From: Atractiella rhizophila | Lineage: Eukaryota | DNA: 51,099 bases | NCBI GenBank assembly: GCA_021432655.1 | Contig: MU271516.1 | Location: 1 to 51,099, forward strand | Direction of reading: 5' to 3' | Shown here: in pieces, positions 12,390-26,141 of the stretch | Layout of the letters: every line of letters starts with the position of its first letter | How positions within the stretch are numbered: the stretch's first letter is position 1 | Position numbers and translations under genes: made by a program | Notes under the pieces: model-generated | Database searches by the model: none | Told to the model about the DNA's origin: nothing | Seen by the model: only the letters and a program-made list of their open reading frames with translations

Positions 12390-14842
12390 CTCTTCCCTGT
12401 CGAGTTTCTGGCCGTCAAGGGCGTGTCCACCTCGACATGATGCGATCTCCTACTTCCGCACAATCGGCTGCATATGACGATCCCCAACATCCAAACCTCC
12501 AACGGTCTTAATCGAGTTGTGTGAGATACAATGGTCAACATGCTCAAATGCGGCAATACCTTCCTATTCTGGAAGCTGCTACTGCCTAATTTAGAAGTCC
12601 CATCGACCACTTAATGCCTCACAACTCCCCCCGTCTCTCTACAACTCTCCTGACGCCTCCAAGCACATACAATCGACCAGGAGAAGAGGGAAAGATAACT
12701 GCATGGTATCTTAGCCTTATCCAGAAGTTGAAAGGCAAGATCAGTCGATTTCCCTGGTGAGACTGGTTTGATTCCCTTCAGCTTCCTCTTTGTTCCATAC
12801 TCTCCGATCATTCCATATTTCTGTCTACTCATGTATTATGGGTTTTCCCACGACGTTGTCTAATCTGTTATCCGTTCATTGGCCGATAAAAGTGGTCTCA
12901 CTTGTTAATGTAAAATTCATCTTATTCATCATCATCTTACTTCGCCCTCACAGCAGAAAGCACAGTAAGAATCGATGTAAGTTCCTCGGCCTGTAGAAGC
13001 GCCTCTGTAAGATTTCATTCTCTTTGTTCTGAGACCAGATAGCTTGATAAGCGGCCCTACACCTCAGTGTGGCAGGCATAAGCTGGTTCCTGTCTCTCCT
13101 TTTCGTTTAAGCTCTCATCTATTGATCGAGCCTCTCGGTTCTCACTCTAGTCGAGCTAAAGGAACTCACTTTTTGCAGTAGAGGCTCACACATTGCCACC
13201 ATGCAATCATTCCTACCTACGTCGTGTTAACATTTCAGTATCGTTGCTATCCCTCTGATCTTTCAGACCTGTGGGTTTCGCAGTAGTTATAATGGTCCAT
13301 CGTCCGAACAAGCACAAGAGCACCAATGCATAATCGACACACCATGCGGTGGGCTAAGTATTTAGCAAGCACGAGAAGTCACTATTCAGTAATAACTCAT
13401 CAAGTCACACAATCTCTTCAGCAGGTCGCCTCCCTCAAATGCTCCTGGTAATATGCAGCCCTTGTGCGCAAGTTCCGACATGGTTCTGCCCCAACAATGA
13501 TCAAGACAGATCATGCTGGTGAGTATTTTAAATTTACCTTCACCATTGAGGGCTTCTTCGTCAAGAAATTAAAGCGACATCCCACCCATCGTTGCTATTT
13601 TAGTCAAAAATTGAATGCAACATCCGGTTTGACTTGTATTCTGTTATGAAAGACACGATGGAACGACCTTCACACAACCATAAGCAAGGCTCAGTGTGGG
13701 TAGAAGAGAAGTGGCTCCTGCCGCAAGTTTGGGCAAATGTGCAAAGCTTCGAAATCTCATGATTCTTGGGCTTGAATTAAGTTCAAAAGTCTGCGTTCAG
13801 GGAAAACGATTTGAACTTCGTGCGCGAAGTAGAAGGTCACATAAATGTCGTTGAGTGCAATAACGACAGACAGAATGGCCTTCGGGAGGAACATATACCA
13901 AGGTTAAAGGTGGAAGAGGGTTAGGAATAAGGGATGGGCCGGGTTGAGGGGTGTTCGTTTCAGATCACGTCTTTCTCTTTCACTTCAAAATGGCAAGTGG
14001 TTGCATGATTCACAATAACCCTCGTCCCTTAGCCCCTATGGGCAAATTCTTAGTGAATTTTTTCCACATCCCTTCCCTACCATCGATAGTTGGGGGAGTT
14101 CAGGCATTCCATATTTTGTTTCTTCACTTGCTGGATCCAACAGGTCTTACAGAGTGTTTGGGGATGGCAAGGTGCTTTTAAACCTCATTACCTCATATTG
14201 CTGTCCGAAGCGGGCACGCAAGTGCCGCCCAGACGCCCCTCAGGAAATAAGGCTTCAGTACAGAGCTGCGGTTTGCGATCGTATTCGCTTTGTATGAGCT
14301 ATAGATGCTCATTCAGGAGCCGTTTGGCCCTCATAGCTCCGTAAGGCACTCCAAAGTTGCTCCCCATTTCTGTCTAACTAGTCTAGCTCTTTTCTGGTGC
14401 TGGGGCTTTCCTAGAGCGTTCCAATCCATTAAGGAAAAGCAGTTGGGAAACAAGCAACCGGCAAGGAGGCACCGAAATCCGCGAACGGAATCGCAAAGTC
14501 GGATTAAGGGGACTTCTAGAGTCAAAAAATGATCCTGCAGATGCAAGAAGCCTACATCTCAAATAACATCAAATGTCATATCAAGATTCCTTTCGCGCTG
14601 AATATGATGATGCCAGTCTAGTCTGTTTGCATTCTGTGGAAGGACCACTCACAGCCGGAGCGCTGCATCACATCCGCTTTACGGGTTCGTCTCATTAGAT
14701 GCTGGCAGGTCTATGGAAACTGATTCTTGAATTCCGGATCGCTCGGAACCATCAGCAAAGCTTCAGCAATATGAAAGGAAGGACGTGCATCGGAATGTGA
14801 AACAGGTGAAGGAAGGCATGCTATTCCACTTGTGAAATTTAC

Positions 14843-15030
14843 TAGAGATGTCAACGGGTATAGTACTTGTGGGTACTTGTGCCACAGGTACCTGTGCACA
14901 ACAAGTTATAAATCAGCTACAGAGGGTAAATTTTCATCAGGGTTACCTGTTCGTGTTCCCTACTAAGTACCTAAGAGTACTCGTGAGGATCTGTCCGGAA
15001 ATGGCAGGTACCTGTGGGGTACTTGTTTGA
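14843..15030. repeat. hAT-type terminus with decayed subterminal GGGTACCCG-like repeats
   Basis: Starts TAGAGATGTCAACGGGT, followed by repeated GGTAC(C/T)TGTG motifs, just 3' of the hAT transposase. Confidence 0.6.
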
Positions 15031-15229
15031 AAGAGTTAAAGAGAGTTTTATATCAATTTCTGATCTTTTTCACATTGATAATGGCTCTATCTGGCTCTGA
15101 GTTCGGGAACATAGAGAAGGACACTGTTCCTATATTGACAGCAGAGGTTAACAGTTAACACATGCTTGCCCGCTACCTTTAAAATCGACTCTAAGCAGCC
15201 ATACATGTTGAGCAAAATCTTGAAGTCCA

Positions 15230-18110
15230 CCACCTTGAGCAGTGAGTTCCTAACAAGAAATCCAGGAGCCTAAAGCCATAGCAGCACAGAATGACTCTTG
15301 TGATAGATTGTGCCGGAGGCCGGTGATCTGAAGTCCTTCTACACTGAAAGCACGTTCTGCATCGGTACTGGGCATAAGGAAGGGTCACCAGAAGGCAAGG
15401 AGTAAGGAAATGGTACACACCAAGGCAGGAGAGCATAGCTATTGCTAGCTTCACAAGATTAGGATACCGGCTTCCTTCCCGTTCCCCATTCCACCAAGCC
15501 AGTACATCTAAGTCCTTGCATGTCTTCTCCAGGTCATGTTCTAAGTACCGCCCATTCTCATCATATTCCGTCTCAACCGTCTGCTGGTAATTTTTTTGAT
15601 ATGGAAATAGTTCCTCCGCATCAGAGTCCTCCTCATCCGGCGGATCAGTTGCAACTATGGTCTCTGCAGAAGGAGTAAGATGGTAGGTCTTGAACTCCTC
15701 ATGTAGCAATGTCCGAATATCTTGAATCCAGGAGGTGAGCCACCCTGGGTGTTTGTAGTACTTAAGTTTGTGATAAGGGTGGAGTACTAGAAGTTCACAT
15801 TAGCTCAGTAATAATAACCAAGAGAGATGAATATATTGCCAACTTATACATGCTTGGAGTAATATTTATTAAGAACCACAATCGTGCTACAAGCACCCAA
15901 CCGAATAAACAGATTCGCTTTTCGGTTAAGCTTGATGTTGCGAAGGTTATGGTCAAACTTATCGAGATAAGGGATTACATCGGTAAGGAGCATCAGTTTC
16001 TTGGTAGATAGCTTGACCGTGGCTCGATAGAGAGGCTACAGACCAGGCTCAGATCTTGCACAGATTAAATCGAAGCAATTGATAAACCTTGAGAACATCC
16101 TGCAATTCACCTAGGACTTTCCATTCAGGTTCCATCACTTCATACTTCTTAAGTTTGAATGAGCTCTGGTCTGTAAGACCATCGAAAGCTTGTCGGAGCA
16201 GGAAGGCTCGTTCGAGGCAGAGGAAAGCTGTTCCACCGGGTGACAACATCTCGGATTGGAAGTCACACATCTGTAAGGTTCTTGTAAAATCACTCCACAA
16301 GATGCTGAAATTCCGTGTTCATCGAGCTGCCATTAACAATCTTATGAGACGGTTCCCAAATCTGCAATGTCTTAAGCAAAGAATGATGAAATTATAAGTT
16401 CATTGTATTACGATAAAGAATCTGGTGCTTTTATACCTTTACAGTAGGTGGCAAACATTGGTAAGCATGGAAGTCTAGAACGTTCAAGAAAAACAGCCAC
16501 AGAACAGGTGGCAATGAATGACGCTCAACGCGCCAAAATCCTGACAAAGAATACATGATCAAGCTATATGGACCTTTTGAATACATCCACGAACAGCTTG
16601 GTACTCCGCCGTACTGAACTTCACTCTTCAATAATCTCATCATCCATGGCTTTCTGTGCTGCATCATGGCTTGCCACTATCTTATCGACTATGGCAGCCC
16701 CTTCCTTGCTGATATTTACAGCTCCCTCATCTTCAAATCTCTCAGTTTCTTCGCCTTCTTTCTTCTTCTCTTTCATGAAGGGCAAGATCAGATCCTGAAA
16801 GGAGGTCAGGTAAGAAACGTGATTAGAAACTAAAGAACATACCTTTGCAACAGGTTGAGCACATGATTGAGGCACCAAATTTGGTATTCTTGCCCCTTAA
16901 AGGAGGGAGCAAGAGCTTGAGTTCCGAAACCATTGTGTTGTTGTTTGACGCACTATCGCTCACCAGTCCCATCAACTAATTTCCATGTTCAATTCAATGG
17001 ACACGGCAAAGGACAAGAAAGACTGACCTTTCCGTCAATACCATACTGTTCCAACACCTTCACAATCTCTCCGGCCAAATATCTCCCCGTGTGCGAATCA
17101 CTTAGCCTGTGAGGAAGATGAGCATACAGGACACAGCAGGGTTCTAACATGTACCAAAGAAACTCTAAAATGATCTCTTTTACTTCAGTTCCTGACCAAT
17201 AATGAACCAGCATGGCAAGCCAAGCCATGTGGTTCCTCAAGGTCCAAGCATTAGTAGAAACATGACACCAGTCAATGTCCTGTCCCACAACTATCGGAAA
17301 GTGAGATGTGAAAGGAGAAACTTCTACCTTCAAATAAACATCCTTAATAATCTGTGCAGCCAAGTATAGATGTTCCAGAGATCCTTCGAGACTTGGTCAG
17401 TACTAACAAGGTGCACATCAGGTCGAAGCATCTTGAAGATGACACGGAGCTCGTAATCCTCGACAATATTGAACGGCTGTTTGCGTCAAGCACAAAGGAG
17501 AGCAAGCCAGAATCGGAAGCGTTGAGGGAGTAAGGGAAGCATGGAATGCCGCTCTTCTTTCCATCTCCAGAATCCTTCTTTCCATTGACAGAATCGTGCG
17601 CCTCCTCCTTTCGCCACTTGCGCGTTTAGTTTCCTTCGAGCACTTTCTGGAACTGTGGCCAATCTTTTGCCACAGGGATTTCTCTGTTATAAAAGCTTGT
17701 AAACCTGCAAGTGCGAGACTTATACTCATTGTTATCTCGCACTCCGCAGGTAATGTAGTTTCCTTACATACTAAATGCAACATATACTCATTGTTATCTC
17801 GCACTTCGCAGCGCTAATACATTTGTCATCCATCACTCTTATCCTCGAAGGCATACCCAAATTCATTCAGTGTTGTTGAACGCTCACTGGACTTTGTATG
17901 CTTTGCCTTACATGCCTTAATGTCTGCCAAAAGTTATGATGTCGGTGCAACCCCACTTGCAAACCAATCCCTTTTCCGGTCGACTTCATGATCTTTAAAC
18001 TCCTTACAAGTAAACCAATAATAAATAACCTCCTTCTTTTCGCCTCCCTCTACTTCTTCCTTCTTGACAATCATCGGAGCATTGTAATGGGCATGGACAG
18101 AGGATTTCCA
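15230..18110 (-). pseudogene. hAT-family transposase remnant
   Basis: STNAWT (DAWT-like), SHTGRYLA, SDSASNN, RDVVTRWNS, and the C-terminal dimerisation motifs DVLAWW..YPNLVKLA..PSTDAERAFS..AMALGSW. Many stops and frameshifts; interrupted by a solo LTR. Confidence 0.88.
16384..16546 (-). mobile_element. Short solo LTR (163 bp), subfamily A, nested in the hAT transposase
   Basis: TG...ACA ends, exact TSD AAGAA; homologue at 27746-27907. Confidence 0.88.
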
Positions 18111-18499
18111 TGATTTGATATCAGCTTCCCTGATCTATGTTCAGAGAAGCAAATGGAGAGTCAAGGTACTTAAAGTGTGCCTCTTCGTCCAAATGCAACG
18201 TATCCTTCTTGACACAGAGTCGCTTTTGCTTCGGAGCAATGACAGGTTCTGTTGTCGCATGAGAAAGTTGGAAATACAGCAGAAAAAGCTTACCAGAGGT
18301 GGAGTCCCCCTTGACCGCTTGCTGGTCAGAGCCTCGTCAATTGTGATCTGGTGACCAGTGCCAGTGCCCTCCTAAGCAGTCAGAGCAGTCATTTGGCCTC
18401 TCCTCACTGGTTGATAGGAAAAGCCCACCTCAAAAACCTCAGCCGGTTGAGCAAGAGCCGAAGCCGAATCTGTGAATGTTGATCACAAAGATGAGGAGG

Positions 18500-18756
18500 C
18501 TCATGGAAATCACAATGGCTGTAACTTCAGCTGACATGAGTTATGCCCATGCCCTTCCATCCATGGCTGGAAGTGGTGGCTTATTCATGACTAGTCATGA
18601 GTCAAGAATTTCTCAGGCCTGACGTTCACAGTTCATGTCACAATTACAGTCACCAGTTCACCAGTTCATGAACACCGTATTCATGACTTTTTGGTGAATG
18701 ATATGGTGACTGTTCATGAATTATTCACATTCACGTGAGTAAATATGCATCCCTCG
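18500..18756. repeat. Cluster of short TTCATGA/GTTCAC repeats ending in TATGCATCCCTC (likely DNA transposon terminus)
   Basis: Dense repeated motif upstream of the hAT ORF; the end resembles a CAGGGATG-type hAT TIR. Confidence 0.45.
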
Positions 18757-19157
18757 GTCCCCTCGACACTTGTATTTCTACCAGCCCCATCTAAATTCAT
18801 GGGGAAGAAGCTGATAAGGCTCGCTTCCATTCGTGCACCAAATTGCTTCACAAACTAACCATGTGAAGCAAAAATAGTCGTTGACATTTACAAGATTCAC
18901 GCACACTTGAAAAAAAGCGGGCCGTAATTTGACCTCTCCCTGCCCTTCAGAGAAGCTCATGGAGTCCTGCCTTGCCAAAGAAAAAAACGGGCAAAGGGGC
19001 TCATGCAGACTGTGTCACAGCTGGCAAATCCTCTTCAAGGCAGTGAATTCAGTAAACCTCCTGCAAGAGGGGAGATGCTGAGCGATCGCGCTTGGTTTCT
19101 TCATCGGAGATTGTTGTGAACTCATGCTATTTTGCAACCATAGGTAGTTGATGCCTC

Positions 19158-19360
19158 TGTTGGATTTTGCAGTCTAGTTTCGTGCCACTCGGCGGCAAAG
19201 TTCTTTAGTTTTCTGGAATGTTCTACTATTTTCTAGTTGCCACTGCTATAAGCTAAAACACACAGAATTCCATTTCCTGGTGCTCATGCATTTGCAAGAG
19301 CTCAGCCAAACGTAACCAAGTCGTACTTAGCTCCGCTCCTCAGCCCGTCAATTTCCAACA
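19158..19360 (+). mobile_element. Solo LTR (203 bp)
   Basis: TGTTGGA...TCCAACA inverted termini, exact TSD GCCTC; ~30-bp core shared in inverted orientation with ~28001-28030. Confidence 0.85.
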
Positions 19361-20663
19361 GCCTCAGTTTTGCACTCTACTTGTAATCAGACCGCTTTGA
19401 TAAATCCCACATCATCTGTGTTCCTGCTTACAGCGTTGATCCTTGTTCTGCTCTGTCCTTTCCTAAAGGATTGCTTGAATCATAATAGGATGGAAACAGC
19501 ATGAATGCTGAGCCCACCAATATCCATATCTGATGATCAAGCCTGATTTTTCCTAGACTTTGACTTTTTTGTTAAATCCTCGCCATCGGACAAATCTTAG
19601 TATCCGAAAAGCATACAGATCGGCATGAAGTCATCGAGATTTTGTTCAGATATTCTAGTGAGCGGCGACTGTAGTGGCATCTGGCACTCTGAATTTTATT
19701 CCATGACGTGAAAGTGCATATATACATCGATAACATCACATTTTTGTCAAAGAGACGTTCTGCAAACTCCGTTGATGCTTCATTCCTGTCTACATCAATA
19801 CATTGTTGATACACTGTCCTTCGCACAATTCATTGGCAAGACTGACATGAAGCCAACTTGCATGAGATGGATCTGTTGACCTCTATCAGCTACTATCTCA
19901 GCAGAATGAGGAAGACTGCACTTCAGCTTTCACCTCTCCCCATCATTGCCGTCGTCATCAGATGGGGTGCCGCAATAATTTTCCCTATCGACCTGCTCGT
20001 CATCGCTTTGGTTATGCCAACATCCAATTTCGCGTCTCAAGATCCAGATTTCTCCTCTTCTTGTACCGTGGAAGCCCAGAGCTGATTTGCATCGTCGTTG
20101 CACTGATGTTGGTATCCGAAGAACATTGCAATTTTCACAAAGTCAGTCGCAACCCCGATCAGTCTGTAGCCGTGTATCCTGATAATCGTTTTGATCCCCT
20201 TCACGGTATAATGAAATTTTCCATGAGCTCTTCTCCTCGACATGTATTCGCCATGCGGGTTGAGAATTCCAAGATAAACAAGACCGCCAGGTTGAATTCC
20301 ACTGGCAGACCGAAGGAAATCGGAAATGAGATCTTCTGGCTTTTGCGGCCACCATGGCCATGGACACTAATTATAACGACCCTACAGGGACAACGGTGAA
20401 ACATGCTGAGTGGTGAACTTAATTTTCGACACTTGGTGTTTCGACGAGTATGGAGTGTTTTCGCTTGATTCTTTAGTATTATGTGGAGCTAAGTGAATAC
20501 GTTCTATATCCCAAAAAAAAAGCTGGACTACTACTAATTTGATTGAGTTTCACATATTAAATATGCCGAACTTGTCCTAATTCAAAATTTCGTGGCAGAG
20601 CATCTAGCAGGTAGCGACAAGCCAGACCTATGATATACAACCTGTAATCAGACCTTTTAAAGC

Positions 20664-20954
20664 TTAGAATGTGAATAAAGTGATGTATACTGGTGTCAGC
20701 TTTTGCCAGAACTGTATGTCTTCGTCCTTTGTTTGATGGCCCTGCAGTCGGTTCACGAGGCTTTGGCGAGGAACACGAAATGTTCTTGCTATGGCAGTAA
20801 CAGTGATGGGAAACTCCTTTCCCTTGTTCTTGGCCTGTCTCTTGATGTAGGCAGCAGTGTCTTGAATGAGCTGTCGAGCGTAGGTTTCGGATTTGTTGAG
20901 AGCTTCAGTCTTCACTTTTCGAGATTTGGAAGATTGTTGTTTTGGTCTGGTCAT
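20664..20954 (-). pseudogene. 5' fragment of a pogo/Fot1-type transposase (psq/CENP-B-like HTH)
   Basis: ITVTAIARTFRVPRQSLVNRLQG...QKLTP matches the N-terminal HTH pattern of fungal pogo transposases; truncated afterwards. Confidence 0.7.
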
Positions 20955-21353
20955 AACCTAAGAGCTCGTTTATGATGCTGAGGGTCTCCTGAGGGCTGAA
21001 GGAACGTTGGATGAGCTGTTGTGGTGGAGGAGGGAGCAGTGACGCTATGTGCATGAGCGTGTCACAGTCAGGGGAATCAAGGTTCACCATTGACCCTGCA
21101 TCCCAGGAACAGGGGACCACTACTTTCGATGTTGATTGCTCTCACAATCGTTACCCGATAAGCTACTCCACTTGACGATAACATCTAAACAATCGAGCTG
21201 AACATATGTTGTCACGGTTCCTTAAATTTCTCAAACCTATGAATGGCATCACACTTTTTGTTGCAAAGAACCCCAAAGTTGTCACCGTTGTCCCTGGAGG
21301 GTCGTTATGAACTATACGTCAGGATGTAGTAGCTGCAAGAATAGAGTACAAAT

Positions 21354-21517
21354 TGTCAGAGTTTGGCACCGTTTTAAGCTGCATTCGTGCCACTGTCATT
21401 TGTGGCTCTAGTTTTCTTTCCCCTTTGCCGTTTCTCTCATTTTGCCGAGTTCCTTAAGGTATAAAAAGCCCATTTAACTTCATTGTAATTCATTCCTTTA
21501 GACCCTTAGAATCAACA
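21354..21517 (+). mobile_element. Short solo LTR (164 bp), subfamily B
   Basis: TGTCAG...CAACA ends, exact TSD CAAAT, AGGTATAAAAAG TATA-like box. Confidence 0.88.
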
Positions 21518-23731
21518 CAAATGAGGCTAATCTAAGGAGAGCCATTGGCTAAAGCTGAAAATGAGGTAGAAAGGCTGAAGAGAGTCAAGGTGGATTGCAG
21601 AGCCTTCACGACCAGCCATCGAGGTGCTGATGTCATCCGTAAGAAAGTGAGATGAGTGGCTGAACGCATGAAACAAAGATGAAAGAAAACTTACTTCAAA
21701 AATGACCGAAGCCACCCTCTCTAATGAAAGCCAGATACTCTGCCTCTTCAGCATTTCGATTCATAGATGCCCTCTCTTCCTTTTGACCAAACCTGGCGAC
21801 ATCCTCGTCGTACCACGTCTTGAAAACTCTGCACACATGGTAGTTCATTAGTATGCAGTCTAGATACTCCAATCCATGAACATACCTCCAGTTCTTATTC
21901 ACGTATATCTCCTCCAATATCACATCAGCCAGACTCTAGAACGCATCATCTTTCGTGTTCTCCGTGGCAGCTACTTCGTCGCTGCTCACTGGAGCAATTG
22001 CTTGAAAGTCAGCATTGTCTCCAGACGCGATGAACGGATCTTTGCTTGCATCAGGATCCAATAGCCTACACTACGAAAAATGGTCTTCTGGCACCTCAAA
22101 AATAATTGGAATGCACCAATACAGCAAAACGGTGTCGAAGGGATTGAAGAATCACTTTGTCGAAAACCTGAACCCTTTCATCATTCATTAGAGACTCTAC
22201 AACCACATGGATTGGTTCAGTGTTGTGCGGTGTGGCTTTTCTCTTCTTCTTGCCATTGACTTGCAAGGAAGCAAACGAGAGGAGCAGTTTACATATTCCA
22301 GTCAATACATTGTTTGCTAACCAGAAGGAAATACATATACCTTTGCCTTCACCTAAGCCCGTGTTTGAATGGCTTCATTTCTGCAAGTGAAGACGGAGTG
22401 CCTGTATGGCAGCAGGTGAGGCTAAGATGCCATTGGGAAGTGTCCAGCTCTCGGTAACTTTGTGCTAAGAACGCATGGCATGAGACAGTTGCTTCAACGG
22501 AAGAAAGTGATACTATACCTCGACTTGAGTCGCTAGCTTTTGTTAAGCTCGGTGGTTTGGGTTCATAATAAGCTCCCATATCAGATTACGGACTCTTAGC
22601 TGCAATGGAATAGAAGTATGGGGCAGCGGTCAAACGGGGGATGACGAGAGAGCCACGACTGTGTCAGTGTCTGGAGTCCAATTTAAGACCAGGAAAGTCT
22701 TCATTTGGCGGAGCGTGCTGTTAACCTTGAGTAACATGCCAAATGCAAGCAGTTCACGTTCTGAAGCGGAAGCCTGACAACAGAGGTCAACTTTTACTTG
22801 CCACCCATCATGATGATGATAAAGAGAGAGCCCATACCTTCCTAAACAGCTCAAGCTCAAGCTGGTCTCCCTCTCCAAGAGTCAGCTTGGCCTGTACCCT
22901 TTCCATGACGGCCCGTGGAGCTTCAGCAGGGTGAGAGAAACCGTCCATGATTGTGTCCCAATCTGGTAGTCTGCTGGTGTGACTGACGGATGGCGGACTG
23001 TCATTTTCTTCTGCCTCTTAAGAAATGGGACCTTTCGTCCACCATTGTGTTTAAAACCTTGTCCTCTTATCCACAACTGTTGTTACCATAGTCTCTCAGA
23101 AATCAGGGTCTTAAACCCCCCATTGTCCGTTCAACTAGCTTTGTGATTTAAGTATTTCTTCGAAATACTTATGTGCCAAACGCCATCGCAATTTGCCTGA
23201 TTTGCTTGCCCTTGGGCTCAGTTCAGCTCAGTCTGTGTCTGTACTTTGCATGCTCTTTGCTGAGGAGCTGTGGCGCTCGGCCTCGATCATGTGATCCTTT
23301 TTGGAAAATGACTGATGGATAAAAGTTGGGGTGGACGGAAGGGGAGAGTGAGGAAGAGGGAGATGTCTGAGAAAATGTAGCTAGTTAGGAGTGCCATGAA
23401 GCCAAAGAAAGGGGCAGCAGAAAGGGTTGGAGTTCTCAAGCAGGTCGTCGTCATGCCATGGACAAGGTTTTATCCCTGACATCATCGACTCTGGCGACTT
23501 CCAACGCTGACGGACTCCAACCCTTGAGACCAGGTCTGCCACATAAGTATCCTCTGCCTAATATGTCAATACCTTCTCCTAAGAAACAGAGGCAATCTTC
23601 CTTAGCAGTCCCTGAGCGGCCGCATTCTACTCCTTCAGCGCTGTTCTGGATCTGACATTCACGCATCTAACATCAAATACCCTGAGGCATATCGAGCAGC
23701 CGAAAGGGAGACAAGGCGGTTATGGGTATGT

Positions 23732-24800
23732 GTGAAGATGGAGAAATTTTTGAGGATGATCGGAATGAGCAGCCCTGATGCTGAAGAGGCACTTTCCCAG
23801 CTGCTCAAAAGATGTGAGCAAATTGTGCTTCCAGCAGCTAAGAGCAAGCAGTACGATGTCGTGGTACAAGCTTTTATCAGTCATAGGGATGGGTTTCATA
23901 GATCAAATAGATTTGATAAGTACAAGGAACTGAGCGACCCTGTCGAGGAAGAAAATGCAAGTGAATGCCTTGACCTTGCGGCTGAGATTCTACTGTGTGT
24001 TGTCAAGTTTGGTTGGGCGAGCTACCACGTCTCGAAACCTTTCACCGACTTTCATATGTATCCCATCGATCGTAGCAAGAAATGTTTCGACACATATTGC
24101 CCTTGTCTAAAGAAGCTTGTACTTTTGAAGGATATCTGGAGAAAGATGGAGTATGAAAAGGAAGGAGACATGCTTTGCAAATTAAATGTTGCAAACTTCC
24201 CCAACATTCCCACCATTCTTGACAACTGTGATATCGACGGTGACTTTCAGAAGATCAAGGGGCCTTATCACCAGGCGATGCAACATTACGTTCAGGTAAC
24301 TGCCAAGGTTGGACGTACTCTTTCTTCCTTCAGGTCCAGTTGGGAAATGGTCAACGTGGTCTGTGACGACATTCGAGGTATGTTTTTACTCTTTGCCTGA
24401 CAGAACACAGCTCACGAAGCCACATGGGAGAGTACGAACATTTTACACCCCGATATTTCCTCAGGCAACATCCTTATTTACGATCCACCATCAACACCCG
24501 ATGGCGAGCCAGTAGAGTCATGGGGACTTTTGATTGATTGGGAAATGGCAAAAGTGGAGCGTCAGAGTCATTCCCCGGACTACTGAACGTACCGTAAGTT
24601 CTATCAGTCAACTGTATGACGCCATTTCTGAATCGTGAGCAATGCAGGGTACCCATCCATTCATCGCTCCAGAACCATTGAGTCCAGATCACATCCAACA
24701 CAAACCGCGGCATGACCTAGAATTATTCCTTTGTGTCTTACTTTGGATCACAAGCATGAAAAATCCATCAAACACTTCAAGCCAAATGCGCTTGATCCCA
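23732..24800 (+). pseudogene. Fungal-type protein kinase (FunK1/Pkinase_fungal), degenerate
   Basis: VLLKDIW..EGDML, GRTLSSFRS, ILHPDISSGNILI (HRD changed to HPD), LIDWEMA, GTHPFIA, RHDLELFLCVLLW. Frameshift or stop near 24565-24585; introns near 24378 and 24594. Confidence 0.8.
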
Positions 24801-26141
24801 AACGTGCACAAGCTTTTAATCATTCTAATGTCGATTCATACAATAACTTGATGGACGACACAATGAGAACGTGTGGGATAGCCTGGGGGGATGTTGTGAA
24901 TATGGATGAGAGAGGAAACCAATTAGGAGGAGGTCGGAATATGGGATTACGAAGATAATCATTCAGGAACAACTTTTGTGGATCAAAACCACTTTACAGC
25001 CGAAGATTTTTCGCCGGCATTTCAAACATCGACATGCACACAGCTTCCCAATTCTGTACTGCAAGATCTTTTCAACTTGGATGAATCTGTACCATTGGAC
25101 ACAGAGGATTATGAGACCCCTCAACCTGATGAACCTGATAGTATCAATTCAGGCTTTCAGCTTATCGATCCTCAAACCTCTCGACCATACACCGAATCTC
25201 CCTTCATACTCGACAATTTCCAATCATCCAATTACTCAAGTCCACATCCGACATCTGCTAAACACTCCCATCAGCTTCAACCCCGACATCCATTCAGATG
25301 ATACCCTCAAGTCCTCCCAACTCCACTCACAGTACCACATCCATCTCCCTGAACACTCCTATCAATCCACGTGACTCCTATCCTGAGCAACCACTCACAG
25401 TTTTTCGCCAAGCAGATGGCAAATGAATCCGATTTAAGACCAGGACGGATCCTGCTGTCCTCATCGCAGCTATCAGCGCATTTGACGCTGTCTACCAGCA
25501 CTCTTTGTATCGTGAAGGAGAGCTGCAAACATCTGTTCACATGAGTGCAAGGGAGGTTAAGAAGCTGCGAACCAAGGTTGAAGCGAAAAAGACGTCTAGT
25601 ACGAAGACGGAGTTAGTGACGACGGCTTGACTGATTAGTGGAAAAGAAGCTTACCAACAGCTGCAGGAGAAGGAGAAGGAAGCTAAGGAGAAGGCAGCAG
25701 ATGGCGAGAGAAGGAAAGAAGAGAGAGCACAGAAGAAGGTGGAGCAGGCAGCCAAGAAAGTGGAGAAGGAGAACATGTGGAAAAACAAGCCTTTAGCCAA
25801 GCAAGGAATGAAGAAGATTTCTTCAGTGGCTCCAGATGCCTGCATCACACCTTCATTGCATCTGTCCCTATCCTGCCAAATGTGAGTCCCGACGTCGTCA
25901 CACACATCAGTTGCCTTTCCGTCGACCTCAATCATCAACAAGGACACCATCCAGCTTCGTGAAAATTTAGACTGGGCCTCATCTCCACTTAACAGCTTAC
26001 AAATGGAAGGGCTGGTATCATCCAATTTCACTCAACTCCAACCACAGATTCATCCCACACTTCTTGGAGATGGTTCAGGTATGCCTATTCATCATCTTTC
26101 TTCCTTCTATTCTCCTATCTATTCTTCTAAGAGCGTTGGGT

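Noticed and set aside
21530..22600. Broken minus-strand coding-like sequence (YLDCILMNY, reminiscent of Ulp1/MULE)
   Set aside because: No catalytic motifs could be confirmed.
25560..25850. Lys/Glu-rich coiled-coil stretch resembling a transposase tail
   Set aside because: Low complexity with stops; the family cannot be assigned.
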